A stretch of 64,000 nt of DNA from an uncultured delta proteobacterium (GTDB taxonomy: Bacteria; Desulfobacterota; Desulfobulbia; Desulfobulbales; Desulfocapsaceae). Below, one piece after another: positions 9,555-18,234 of the stretch (positions are counted from its first letter, which is position 1; each line of letters begins with the position of its first letter). The stretch lies in assembly GCA_963710015.1 (NCBI GenBank), contig CAVPYP010000005.1:52841-116840 (forward strand). Direction: 5' to 3'. A model generated the notes under the pieces. The model did no database searches and had not been told where the DNA came from. It saw only the letters and a list, made by a program, of their open reading frames with translations. Made by a program: the position numbers and the translations under genes.

Positions 9555-10058
9555 CTAATAGGCGCCGCTGTCATGGGGATTGAATTCAGCGTTTTCCACC
9601 CACCATTCGGGATTTCGAACAAACTCAAGGAGGTTTTCTACGGTTTTATGGTGGTAGGACTCCTGTTTCATCAATATTTCAAATAGCTTTTTATTCTCAG
9701 GATCATCCGCCTCTGCAAATTTTTCCTTATAAAATTCCATTCCGCGTTTTTCTATCTCGACAGCTTTCCGATAATCTTCTACGGCATCAACACTTATATT
9801 CATAATCCCTTGATCCTGCTTCATTTCGTCGAAAACTGTTTTTATTTCGAGAGCGACCCCTTCGGCTGGTTCCACCTTGAGCTTCTTTTGCAGATTTTCA
9901 ATGGCTACGCGGTGACGAACTTCATCTTCAGCAAGCATTAGTAAAACTTTTTTGATACCTTCAACAGGCGCTGCTTCTGCCATCTTTCGATAGAGCGCTT
10001 CTGCATCTTTTTCCATCTGGATTGAAAACTCAAACATGTCCATGGGGTCCTCCTGCAA
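9555..10058 (-). CDS. Ferritin-like / rubrerythrin-family diiron protein (no rubredoxin domain)
   Basis: 167 aa with a four-helix ExxH pattern (LAEDEVRH ... MKQESYHH). Confidence 0.7.
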   Translation of the reverse strand: MQEDPMDMFEFSIQMEKDAEALYRKMAEAAPVEGIKKVLLMLAEDEVRHRVAIENLQKKLKVEPAEGVALEIKTVFDEMKQDQGIMNISVDAVEDYRKAVEIEKRGMEFYKEKFAEADDPENKKLFEILMKQESYHHKTVENLLEFVRNPEWWVENAEFNPHDSGAY

Positions 10059-10275
10059 TTATAGTAATCTGATAATTTGAAAATACTTTTTACACTGTAA
10101 TGGCTTATTATCTTTCCAGCAAGGGCAAGTTATCTCTCTTGGAGCAGGTCATTGCCAGCGGTCTTCTTTGTCATTATATATGAAAAAAGCAGAGATTACT
10201 GGATCGTATAGTATAGCGATGGGGCTGAATATCGGATCAAATTACCTGAAACTTTCTGCAAGCAGGGGGTGTTGA

Positions 10276-10995
10276 ATGCAGCAGAGCAGTAACGCAAGTG
10301 CATTAATATTGGGAGCTTTTGTGTTTATGGGATTGACCGCGCTGGGGTATCTTTTAGGTGACGCTGCAATTAATTACAAACATCTTGAGCGGAGTGTTAC
10401 CGTAAAAGGCTTGTCCGAGCGAGAATATGACGCCGACATTGTCATATGGCCAATCCAGTTCACTGCAGCGGGAAATGATCTGGTGAGCCTCTATGACTCC
10501 ATTGAGAAGAGCGCGTCACAGATTAAAACCTTTCTCGTCAGCAAAGGCATCAGCCCGCAAAACGTTACTTTCGCCTCCCCGGGGATAACCGATAAAGCCG
10601 CACAGCAATACGGCAGCAACGCCAGACCAGAGTTTCGCTACACCGCCCTGCAGACAGTTACCGTCTATTCAGAAAATATTAAGGCTGTGAGGGCGGTAAT
10701 GAGTTCATTATCAGAGCTTGGCAAACAGGGTATCGTCTTCAGCGTTTCAAACTACCAATCGCAGGCAGAATACATTTTTTCCAGGCTGAACGAAGTTAAG
10801 CCGGAGATGATCGAGGAGGCGACGCGAAAGGCACGAGAGGTGGCAGAAAAATTTGCTTCAGATTCTCAAAGTACGCTTGGAAAAATTAAGAGGGCATCGC
10901 AAGGGCAGTTTAGCATAAGCGCCAGAGACAACAATAATCCGCATATCAAAAAAATTCGTGTGGTATCGACCGTTGAATATTATTTGTCTGATTAA
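10276..10995 (+). CDS. SIMPL-domain (DUF541, YggE-like) protein with N-terminal TM/signal anchor
   Basis: 239 aa with an N-terminal hydrophobic helix. The layout is SIMPL-like, ending ...KIRVVSTVEYYLSD. Confidence 0.75.
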   Translation: MQQSSNASALILGAFVFMGLTALGYLLGDAAINYKHLERSVTVKGLSEREYDADIVIWPIQFTAAGNDLVSLYDSIEKSASQIKTFLVSKGISPQNVTFASPGITDKAAQQYGSNARPEFRYTALQTVTVYSENIKAVRAVMSSLSELGKQGIVFSVSNYQSQAEYIFSRLNEVKPEMIEEATRKAREVAEKFASDSQSTLGKIKRASQGQFSISARDNNNPHIKKIRVVSTVEYYLSD

Positions 10996-11087
10996 TGGAG
11001 CGCGCCGGCATCGAGGTAATATTTTCCGGATATGATGCTTTTTTTTCCTTACAGCCGTGCACTGGAGCCAGGTTTTTTTGAGCAGGA

Positions 11088-12176
11088 CTATTCCCTGACC
11101 CTCACATGACAAACGCCTGTGAGCGTTTTTTTCTCATAGGGAAAATATCTTTTCTTCAACTTCAGGGCCGCGCCGACAAGTGCAATCAAAACCGGAACTT
11201 CGACCAGCGGTCCGATTACGGCGGCGAAGGCCTCGCCGGAGTTGATTCCAAAAACAGCAATGGCAACAGCAATCGCAAGCTCAAAGTTGTTCGATGCTGC
11301 GGTAAAGCTGAGCGTGGTTGTCTGTTCATATGTTGCCCCGACTTTCATGGAAAGAAAAAAGGAGACCGCAAACATGACAAGGAAGTAGATGGTGAGCGGT
11401 ACCGCAATGCGAAGGACATCAAATGGCAATTGAACGATGTATTCCCCTTTAAGGGAGAACATAACCAGGATGGTAAAGAGTAGAAAGATGAGGGTGAGCG
11501 GACTGATGCGCGGGATAAAAACAGTCTCGTACCATTGTTTCCCCTTGATCTTGATACCGATGAACCGGGTAATCATACCACCCAGGAACGGGACTCCCAG
11601 GTAGATAAAGACCGATTTGGCAATGTCTGCTATGGATACGTCAACCACTGCACCTGCCAATCCGAACCAGCCGGGGACGATGGTGATGAAAACCCAGGCA
11701 TAGAATGAAAAAAACAGGACCTGGAAAATTGAGTTGAATGCCACCAGACCGGCACAGTATTCCGTATCCCCATCTGCCAGCTCATTCCAGACAATCACCA
11801 TTGCTATGCAACGGGCAAGCCCGATGAGGATAAGGCCGACCATATACTCGTGATGCCCTGAAAGAAAGGTTATGGCCAGTGCAAACATCAGGACCGGGCC
11901 AATCAGCCAATTCTGGACGAGTGAGAGAACAAGAACTTTTGTATTTTTAAAGACCTGCCCTAATTCCTCGTATTTTACCTTGGCAAGCGGTGGGTACATC
12001 ATCATGATGAGCCCTATGGCAATTGGAATATTGGTCGTCCCCACCTGAAAGGAGTTAATAACATCCTGCACTGCAGGGTAAATATAACCGATCATGACCC
12101 CGAGGAACATCGCTGAAAATATCCAGAGGGTCAGAAAACGATCAAGGAAGCCTAGTCTTTTCGGTGTTTGTGTCAT
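11088..12176 (-). CDS. acr3: Arsenite efflux transporter, ACR3 family
   Basis: 362 aa. [16 protein letters not shown]...[15 protein letters not shown] is typical of ACR3/ArsB (BART superfamily). Confidence 0.9.
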   Translation of the reverse strand: MTQTPKRLGFLDRFLTLWIFSAMFLGVMIGYIYPAVQDVINSFQVGTTNIPIAIGLIMMMYPPLAKVKYEELGQVFKNTKVLVLSLVQNWLIGPVLMFALAITFLSGHHEYMVGLILIGLARCIAMVIVWNELADGDTEYCAGLVAFNSIFQVLFFSFYAWVFITIVPGWFGLAGAVVDVSIADIAKSVFIYLGVPFLGGMITRFIGIKIKGKQWYETVFIPRISPLTLIFLLFTILVMFSLKGEYIVQLPFDVLRIAVPLTIYFLVMFAVSFFLSMKVGATYEQTTTLSFTAASNNFELAIAVAIAVFGINSGEAFAAVIGPLVEVPVLIALVGAALKLKKRYFPYEKKTLTGVCHVRVRE

Positions 12177-12543
12177 CGTTCTTCAGAACCCGGCTGGTGT
12201 AGAATCGGCAACCGGGCTGCATCTCCAGGTGATGTAACATTTCTGCGTTGGATGATGCCTTTATCGGTGCAGCAGAAGTGTCACTCATTGGCTGATCTCT
12301 GTCTAATGACAGGCTTTTAGTTAAAATGCACAGGTATATTCTGACTAATCGACAGAACCGTATATGTCAATATTCTTTGCTGGCGACTCTCGCGGCAGCG
12401 ATGTTCTTTAACAGCCTCCATTTATCGATTTGTGTATTATGGTGTTTTCTGGTTCAGCGGTATTGGCAGGAGCAGCGTAATTGCGGCTATGGTATGGTTT
12501 TTGGCGTATGGTGAAAAAAATTTAAAGAAAATCAAAATGCACA

Positions 12544-13281
12544 ATGGCACTACATAAAAGTTTGAGAGGTATCATCCACAAGGCTGAAAAAGATCCCCTT
12601 GGCGCCATGATGCTTGATTATCTGAATGGCAGACACGACGTCTTTGTCGAGGTGGATTCTACCACACTTGAGATGTGGACCATGCCGGGCGAAACCATGT
12701 TCAGAAGTTTTTCAGAGATGGATGACATGGAACGATCTGCCCTGCAGCTGTGTCGCGGCAAGATACTTGATGTCGGCGCAGGGGCAGGGTGCCACAGTCT
12801 CTATCTGCAGCGCAAAAATATGGACGTTGATGCCCTGGATATTTCTCCGGGCTGCATAGAGGTGATGGTTCAGCAGCAGGTTAAAAACGTTCTTCATCAA
12901 AATCTTTTCTCGCTCACAGGGCGGAAATATTCGACAGTTCTGATGCTTATGAACGGTCTCGGCATATGCGGTACCCTGGATGGCTGTAATCTCTTTTTGC
13001 AGTTTATAAAGACTATTTTGGCTGCAGGCGGTCAGGTTATCGCAGAATCTACTGACCTTGGTTCACTCTATGAAGATCTTGGCACGTCTCATCACTCCCT
13101 GGACAGATATTGTGGAGAGACTGAATTCATCATGAAATATCAAAACATTACCTCTGATCCGTTCAACTGGCTCTATGTAGACTTCAAAACTCTTGAAACC
13201 CTGGCGATTTTCAACGGTCTGCGGTGTGAACAGGTAGTAACAGATAACGGTGGTAAATATCTGGCCCGCATCTTTCGCTAG
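12544..13281 (+). CDS. Class I SAM-dependent methyltransferase
   Basis: 245 aa with motif I ILDVGAGAGCHSLYL and an acidic post-I residue (LDIS). Confidence 0.75.
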   Translation: MALHKSLRGIIHKAEKDPLGAMMLDYLNGRHDVFVEVDSTTLEMWTMPGETMFRSFSEMDDMERSALQLCRGKILDVGAGAGCHSLYLQRKNMDVDALDISPGCIEVMVQQQVKNVLHQNLFSLTGRKYSTVLMLMNGLGICGTLDGCNLFLQFIKTILAAGGQVIAESTDLGSLYEDLGTSHHSLDRYCGETEFIMKYQNITSDPFNWLYVDFKTLETLAIFNGLRCEQVVTDNGGKYLARIFR

Positions 13282-13454
13282 TCCCGTAATCTTTTCAGTT
13301 GCTCCTTCTCTACTCCAGGAAACCGCGCCGGAAATGGTCAGTGGTGCGCCTGTTATGCAGCATCACCTAGAGAGTCGACATGGTTTTTCTGCTGCAGGTG
13401 ATGCGGCAACGAGAATAACGATGTTTTTTCCGATTGACATTTAATCAGAGCGTC

Positions 13455-13482
13455 GTTAACCTCTGCCGAAATTATGGGTAAC
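13455..13482 (+). promoter_or_regulatory. Candidate BirA operator (GTTAACC-N14-GGGTAAC) overlapping the birA start
   Basis: An inverted repeat with 1 mismatch and a 14-nt spacer, read directly. This resembles the TTGTTAACC-N14-GGTTAACAA type of BirA site as I recall it. Confidence 0.35.
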
Positions 13483-14412
13483 GAAATGGACACCAAAGAG
13501 AAAATTTTTACATTGCTGAAAGAGAGTGACAATGTTCTGTCGGGCGAACGGATCAGCGCAGCGCTTGGGGTCAGCAGGGTTTCTGTCTGGAAACATATTA
13601 AAAAGATGGTGAGCGCGGGTATTCCGATTACTTCATCTTCCAAAGGGTATCGCCTGGAGTCAAATCCGGACAGTTTGAACCCTCTGGAGTTTGGTGACCG
13701 GGCAGGTCGAGTTCATTATCTTCAGGAGACAGCTTCAACGATGGATGAAGCCACCGCCGCGGCGCGGAACGGCTGCCCTGATTTCACCGTAATTGTTGCC
13801 GATCGTCAGACAGGCGGCCGTGGTCGAATGGAAAGAGTATGGTCCTCAGACAGCGGAGGGCTCTATTTTACCATCGTTGTACGGCCTGATGTTGCTGTCA
13901 TCGAGGCAAGCCTTCTCAATCTGGCCGCTGCTGTTGAAATGACCATGCTGCTGCGCTCTTGTTATGACGTGCAGGCTGCACTGAAATGGCCCAATGATAT
14001 TCTTGTCAATGGCCGTAAAATCTGCGGATTCCTGTCAAGAATGGAAACAGAAGGCGACCAGATTGGGCATTTGTGTATCGGCATTGGTCTTAATGTCAAT
14101 AATGATCCTGAAAAAGTTGAACCTGCTGCTGTTTCGATGAAGACACTTCTGGAGCGAGACATCCCCCGAAGAGAAATCCTTGTTGCTTTTCTTGATCGTT
14201 TCGAGAAACGGCTTGAACAATTTGATCCTCAATCGGTGATCGAGGACTGGAAGGCACACAATGTAACCATCGGCAGGCAGGTTACGATTAAGACTTTTAA
14301 AAAAACGGTTGAAGGTACTGCCGCGGACATAGATATGATGGGCGGGCTGATTCTGCAGCTGCCGGACGGAACCCATGAGACCATTGTTCACGGTGATTGT
14401 TTTCAGAGGTAA
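13474..14412 (+). CDS. birA: Bifunctional biotin-[acetyl-CoA-carboxylase] ligase / biotin operon repressor
   Basis: 312 aa. It has an N-terminal wHTH (LSGERISAALGVSRVSVWKHIKKM) and the ligase motif GGRGRMERVWSS. The start could instead be the ATG at 13486. Confidence 0.9.
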   Translation: MGNEMDTKEKIFTLLKESDNVLSGERISAALGVSRVSVWKHIKKMVSAGIPITSSSKGYRLESNPDSLNPLEFGDRAGRVHYLQETASTMDEATAAARNGCPDFTVIVADRQTGGRGRMERVWSSDSGGLYFTIVVRPDVAVIEASLLNLAAAVEMTMLLRSCYDVQAALKWPNDILVNGRKICGFLSRMETEGDQIGHLCIGIGLNVNNDPEKVEPAAVSMKTLLERDIPRREILVAFLDRFEKRLEQFDPQSVIEDWKAHNVTIGRQVTIKTFKKTVEGTAADIDMMGGLILQLPDGTHETIVHGDCFQR

Positions 14413-14433
14413 TTAACAAAGAGAGATACGGAT

Positions 14434-14994
14434 ATGGATTCATCTACAAGACAATTAAAGTTAATGATTTATTCAGCGCTCATGGCCACGCTTACAGCGG
14501 TAGGCGCATACATCGCAATTCCAATCGGTCCGGTACCGATTGTGCTGCAAAATCTTTTCATTATGCTTGCCGGACTATTGCTGGGCGGGCGCTGGGCGCT
14601 CATCAGTATTGCGGTTTACCTGCTTGCTGGAGCTGTCGGTTTGCCTGTTTTTGCAGGCGGAACCGGCGGGATTGGTAAATTTGTGGGTCCGACGGGAGGA
14701 TACCTGCTGGGGTTTGCAGCGGCTGCTTATTGGATTGGAACCATCAGTGAAAAGGGGAACAGGCGCGTCATTATTGATATATTTGCCATGGTTACAGGTA
14801 CTCTCATCATCTATGCTTTTGGCGTCACATGGCTCAAAGTTGTTACAGGCATGAGTTTTTCAAAAGCCATTACGGTTGGTATGCTTCCCTTTTTGATCGG
14901 GGATGCGCTTAAAATTGCTGCGGCTGTGCCCATCGCCAAGGCCCTGAGACCGATGCTGGATGGCAGCGTCGGCACTCTGCAGCCGGTTAAGTAG
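14434..14994 (+). CDS. bioY: Biotin transporter S component
   Basis: 186 aa with 6 TM segments and a BioY pattern (...GPTGGYLLGF...GDALKI). Confidence 0.9.
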   Translation: MDSSTRQLKLMIYSALMATLTAVGAYIAIPIGPVPIVLQNLFIMLAGLLLGGRWALISIAVYLLAGAVGLPVFAGGTGGIGKFVGPTGGYLLGFAAAAYWIGTISEKGNRRVIIDIFAMVTGTLIIYAFGVTWLKVVTGMSFSKAITVGMLPFLIGDALKIAAAVPIAKALRPMLDGSVGTLQPVK

Positions 14995-14998
14995 TTTC

Positions 14999-15749
14999 GT
15001 GCCGATTATCCAGACAGACAGGCTGTGCCATTGTTTCTCCGATGGCACACGGAGTCTCGATGATGTATCACTCACCTTCGCCGAGGGTGACTTTACGGTT
15101 ATTGCCGGTGCCAACGGCTCGGGTAAAACCACCTTGCTAAAACATTTTAACGGGCTACTCTTTCCTCAATCGGGCACGGTTTCTGTCTGCGGTAAATCGG
15201 TGAAAAAGGATCCGTTTGCCGCCCGTCAGCAGGTGGGTATGGTTTTTCAGGATGCTGACAGCCAGATCATTGGCGATACGGTTTACGATGATGTGGCCTT
15301 CGGCCCGGAAAATTTGCGTTTAAACCAGGCCCAGATTTCTGAGCGGGTAAGCCGGTCACTGTCGGACGTAAACCTGGTCGGATTTGAGGATAAAAGCCCC
15401 CATAACCTCTCCGGCGGTGAGAAACGAAGGCTGGCTATTGCCGGGGTCCTGGCAATGGCCCCGAGAGTGCTGGTGATGGACGAGCCTTTTTCCAATCTTG
15501 ATTACCCGGCAACGTCTACAATCCTCGGTCAGCTTCTCAAGCTCCATGGGGCGGGGCATACGATTATCATAACAACTCACGACCTGGAGAAGGTAATTGC
15601 TTATGCGGACCGATTGATAGTAATGGAGCGACGGTCGGATCGTCAGAGACGGGTTGCCGGAAGAGGTGGTTGTCGGCATTGAGCAATACGGCATTCGGCC
15701 TCCATGTTCGGTGCAGCTCGGCAAGGGAATTCAGCCATGGGTGAGCTGA
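14999..15749 (+). pseudogene. bioM: ECF-transporter ATPase (BioM/EcfA) with a +1 frameshift near 15629
   Basis: GTG start. Walker A is GANGSGKTT, the signature is LSGGEKRR and Walker B is LVMDEP. After ...ADRLIVME the listed frame gives RRSDRQRRVAGRGGCRH*. The next frame gives the expected family C-terminus DGRIVRDGLPEEVVVGIEQYGIRPPCSVQLGKGIQPWVS*, which ends in an ATG..TGA overlap with bioN. Confidence 0.75.
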
Positions 15750-16477
15750 CGACCATCGGTTTTAAACCTGGTGCCTCCTTGCTCCACAGGCTTGATCCCC
15801 GCACAAAACAGCTGCTGATCATGGCACTGAGCGTGGCGTGTCTCGGGGCGGGTGTCGTTTTTCTCACTATTTTTTCGATCATGCTCATCGTGCTGTTTCA
15901 TCTGTCGAGTTTGAGATTCATTCAATTTCTCAGGGAGATACGGTACTTTTTGTTCTTTCTTCTGTTCATATTTGCGGTTCGGGCGCTAAGTTTCAGCGAT
16001 GATTTGCTTCCTGTCATTGATGCAGCCAATGTCAAAGAGGCGGCGCTGGTCTGCTGGCGATTGTTATTAGTTGTGCTGATGGGTGTGCTGTTAATATCCA
16101 CCACACGAACTGCTGATATACGTGCATCTCTTATCTGGTTTATGAAACCGCTTCCTTTTGTCAACGAGCGAATAGCGGCTACGATGGTAGGGCTGGTTGT
16201 CCGTCTCCTGCCGCTTGTCTTATTTCAGGCACAAGAACTGGGAGATGTGATGCGTGCCCGCGGCATTGAAAAACGTAAAAACCCGCTGCTGCGGCTCGTT
16301 ACATTTACAATCGCTCTCTTCCGCCGTGTCTTTCTGCGGGCTGACGGCCTGGCTGATACCATGCAGGCCCGGTGCTACAATGAATATCGGACACTTCCGG
16401 AGCTCTCATTTACCGGGGACGATGTTATTGCTGCCACAGTGAGTATAGTGCTACTGTCAACCGCCTTTGTTACCTGA
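15737..16477 (+). CDS. bioN: ECF-transporter transmembrane T component (BioN/EcfT)
   Basis: The start MGELTTIGFKPGASLLHRLDPRTK is the CbiQ/EcfT N-terminal signature. The conserved ARG motif is present (MRARGIE). Confidence 0.8.
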   Translation: MGELTTIGFKPGASLLHRLDPRTKQLLIMALSVACLGAGVVFLTIFSIMLIVLFHLSSLRFIQFLREIRYFLFFLLFIFAVRALSFSDDLLPVIDAANVKEAALVCWRLLLVVLMGVLLISTTRTADIRASLIWFMKPLPFVNERIAATMVGLVVRLLPLVLFQAQELGDVMRARGIEKRKNPLLRLVTFTIALFRRVFLRADGLADTMQARCYNEYRTLPELSFTGDDVIAATVSIVLLSTAFVT

Positions 16478-16502
16478 CGCTTTGAAACCTGATCAGACGT
16501 TC

Positions 16503-17414
16503 ATGACATTTGCAGCCCTCCTCAAGCAAAGCCCGTTGATCCTGACTGAATGTGCAGTCTCGGAACGGCTTCGCCGGCGGCCCGATATCGAGCTCCATCC
16601 GACCCTTTTCAATACTCCGCTCATCTATGAATCAAGCGGCAGAAAAAGGCTGGAGGAGATTTACCGCAGCTATCACGAAGTTGCCCGTCAGGCGAAACTT
16701 CCCATTCTCCTCTGTGCCCCAACCTGGCGGGTTGACAAAGATCGTATCGATGAGGCTGGTGCGCCATTATCCATCAACCAGGACGCGGTCGCCTTTATGA
16801 AACGCTTCAGAAGCCGTTACGGCAGCGAGAACTCGCGGATCATTGCGGGGGCACTGCTGGCACCTAAAAATGATTGCTACTCTGCACAGGCGGCATTGGG
16901 GAGAAGCCAGGCAGCAGAGTTTCATGGCTGGCAGATCAATAAACTGGCTGAAGCTGATGCCGAAGTGATAATCGCCCAAACTATGCCGGCTGTCAGTGAA
17001 TCGCTTGGAATGGCCGACAGGCTTGCTGTTTCAGGAAAACCCTACATGATCAGTTTTGTCATTAACAGATTCGGCAGCGTTCTGGACGGAAGTCCCCTGG
17101 CTGAGGCCATAGACAGGATCGATCAGAGTGCTGCCTCACCTCCCGCCGGCTATATGGTCAACTGCGTCTATCCAACATTCCTGAATGCAGAGGATCAATC
17201 GCCTGACTTATTCAAGCGTCTTGTCGGCATACAGGCAAACGCCTCCTCGAAAGATCACGACCAGCTCGATGGATCTGAACATCTGCAGCAAGACCCGCTT
17301 CCGGACTGGAGCAGAAATATGCGCCAGCTCCATAAAAATTATGGGGTAAAGATTTTAGGTGGATGCTGCGGCACCGACCACAGGTATTTGCGAAATCTGG
17401 TCGAATCTCTCTGA
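16503..17414 (+). CDS. Homocysteine S-methyltransferase-domain protein
   Basis: About 303 aa. The Zn-binding Cys pattern is NCVYP ... GGCCGTDHRY at the C-terminus (Pfam S-methyl_trans type). Confidence 0.8.
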   Translation: MTFAALLKQSPLILTECAVSERLRRRPDIELHPTLFNTPLIYESSGRKRLEEIYRSYHEVARQAKLPILLCAPTWRVDKDRIDEAGAPLSINQDAVAFMKRFRSRYGSENSRIIAGALLAPKNDCYSAQAALGRSQAAEFHGWQINKLAEADAEVIIAQTMPAVSESLGMADRLAVSGKPYMISFVINRFGSVLDGSPLAEAIDRIDQSAASPPAGYMVNCVYPTFLNAEDQSPDLFKRLVGIQANASSKDHDQLDGSEHLQQDPLPDWSRNMRQLHKNYGVKILGGCCGTDHRYLRNLVESL

Positions 17415-17721
17415 GGGAATATTGTTCGCATGGTGCCGATAATGCTGAACTTAAATACTTTCACGGGGCTTTGCCTGTTTGACGTTCGATCCCGAAAACA
17501 GGGCGCAATATGTAAAATACCTGATGAGATTTTTTTCATGAAACCGGGATGTCATGTCAGATTTTTCTTGTATTTCTCGAAAAAGAGCTTATCTTCCCAG
17601 CATCATGTGGTAGATCCACTAATCCGATCACGCACAATCCGTCCACACCTGTCTTGTGAATCCTCTTCATTTCAGTTGCTAAAAAGAGATTCTTGCTGAT
17701 CATAACTGCAGGAGTAGTATA

Positions 17722-17985
17722 ATGAAGCTCTTTATCGGCAACTTGCCTTACGATATTTCAGAGCCGGAATTGCTTGGGCTGTTCTCAGATTTCGGTGAAG
17801 TTGTGAATACCAACCTGGTAAAAGATCGTTATACCGGCCAATCGAGAGGGTTCGCCTTTGTCGAGATGTCCACACGATCCGGCGGCCAGCAGGCAATGGA
17901 GTATTTGAACAAGAGGTCATATAAAAGCAAGGAGCTTGTCTGCAACGAGGCAACACCGAAAAAGAAAGGAAAGTTTCGCAGATAG
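17722..17985 (+). CDS. RRM-type RNA-binding protein
   Basis: 87 aa with RNP2 LFIGNL and RNP1 RGFAFVEM. A GGAG ribosome-binding site is present. Confidence 0.85.
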   Translation: MKLFIGNLPYDISEPELLGLFSDFGEVVNTNLVKDRYTGQSRGFAFVEMSTRSGGQQAMEYLNKRSYKSKELVCNEATPKKKGKFRR

Positions 17986-18234
17986 TGTCGATAATGGCCT
18001 GCTCTTTTCAGCATGTTGTCTATACAGGGCTCGATGTAATCCTGGATATTTCAGCAATCACTCTTTCAAAATCAAGTGTTTTTTACAGGTAACGGCTTGT
18101 TCTCTCCTCTAGAATGCACGACACATCAATACAAATAATCTCGCATATCTAATGATATCGCCAATAATCAGCAGCATTGAAGCTGCGATACAGAACACCA
18201 TACAGTGTTCTTTTAACACTCTACAGGAGATTCA

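Noticed and set aside
15620-15640. Programmed +1 ribosomal frameshifting at the bioM site and the ABC ATPase site (also 38880-38890).
   Set aside because: There is no slippery sequence that lets the P-site tRNA re-pair (GAG-C-GAC, CGT-C-ATG). There is no upstream SD-like stimulator and no in-frame stop at the shift site, unlike prfB. A mutation or consensus error is more likely.
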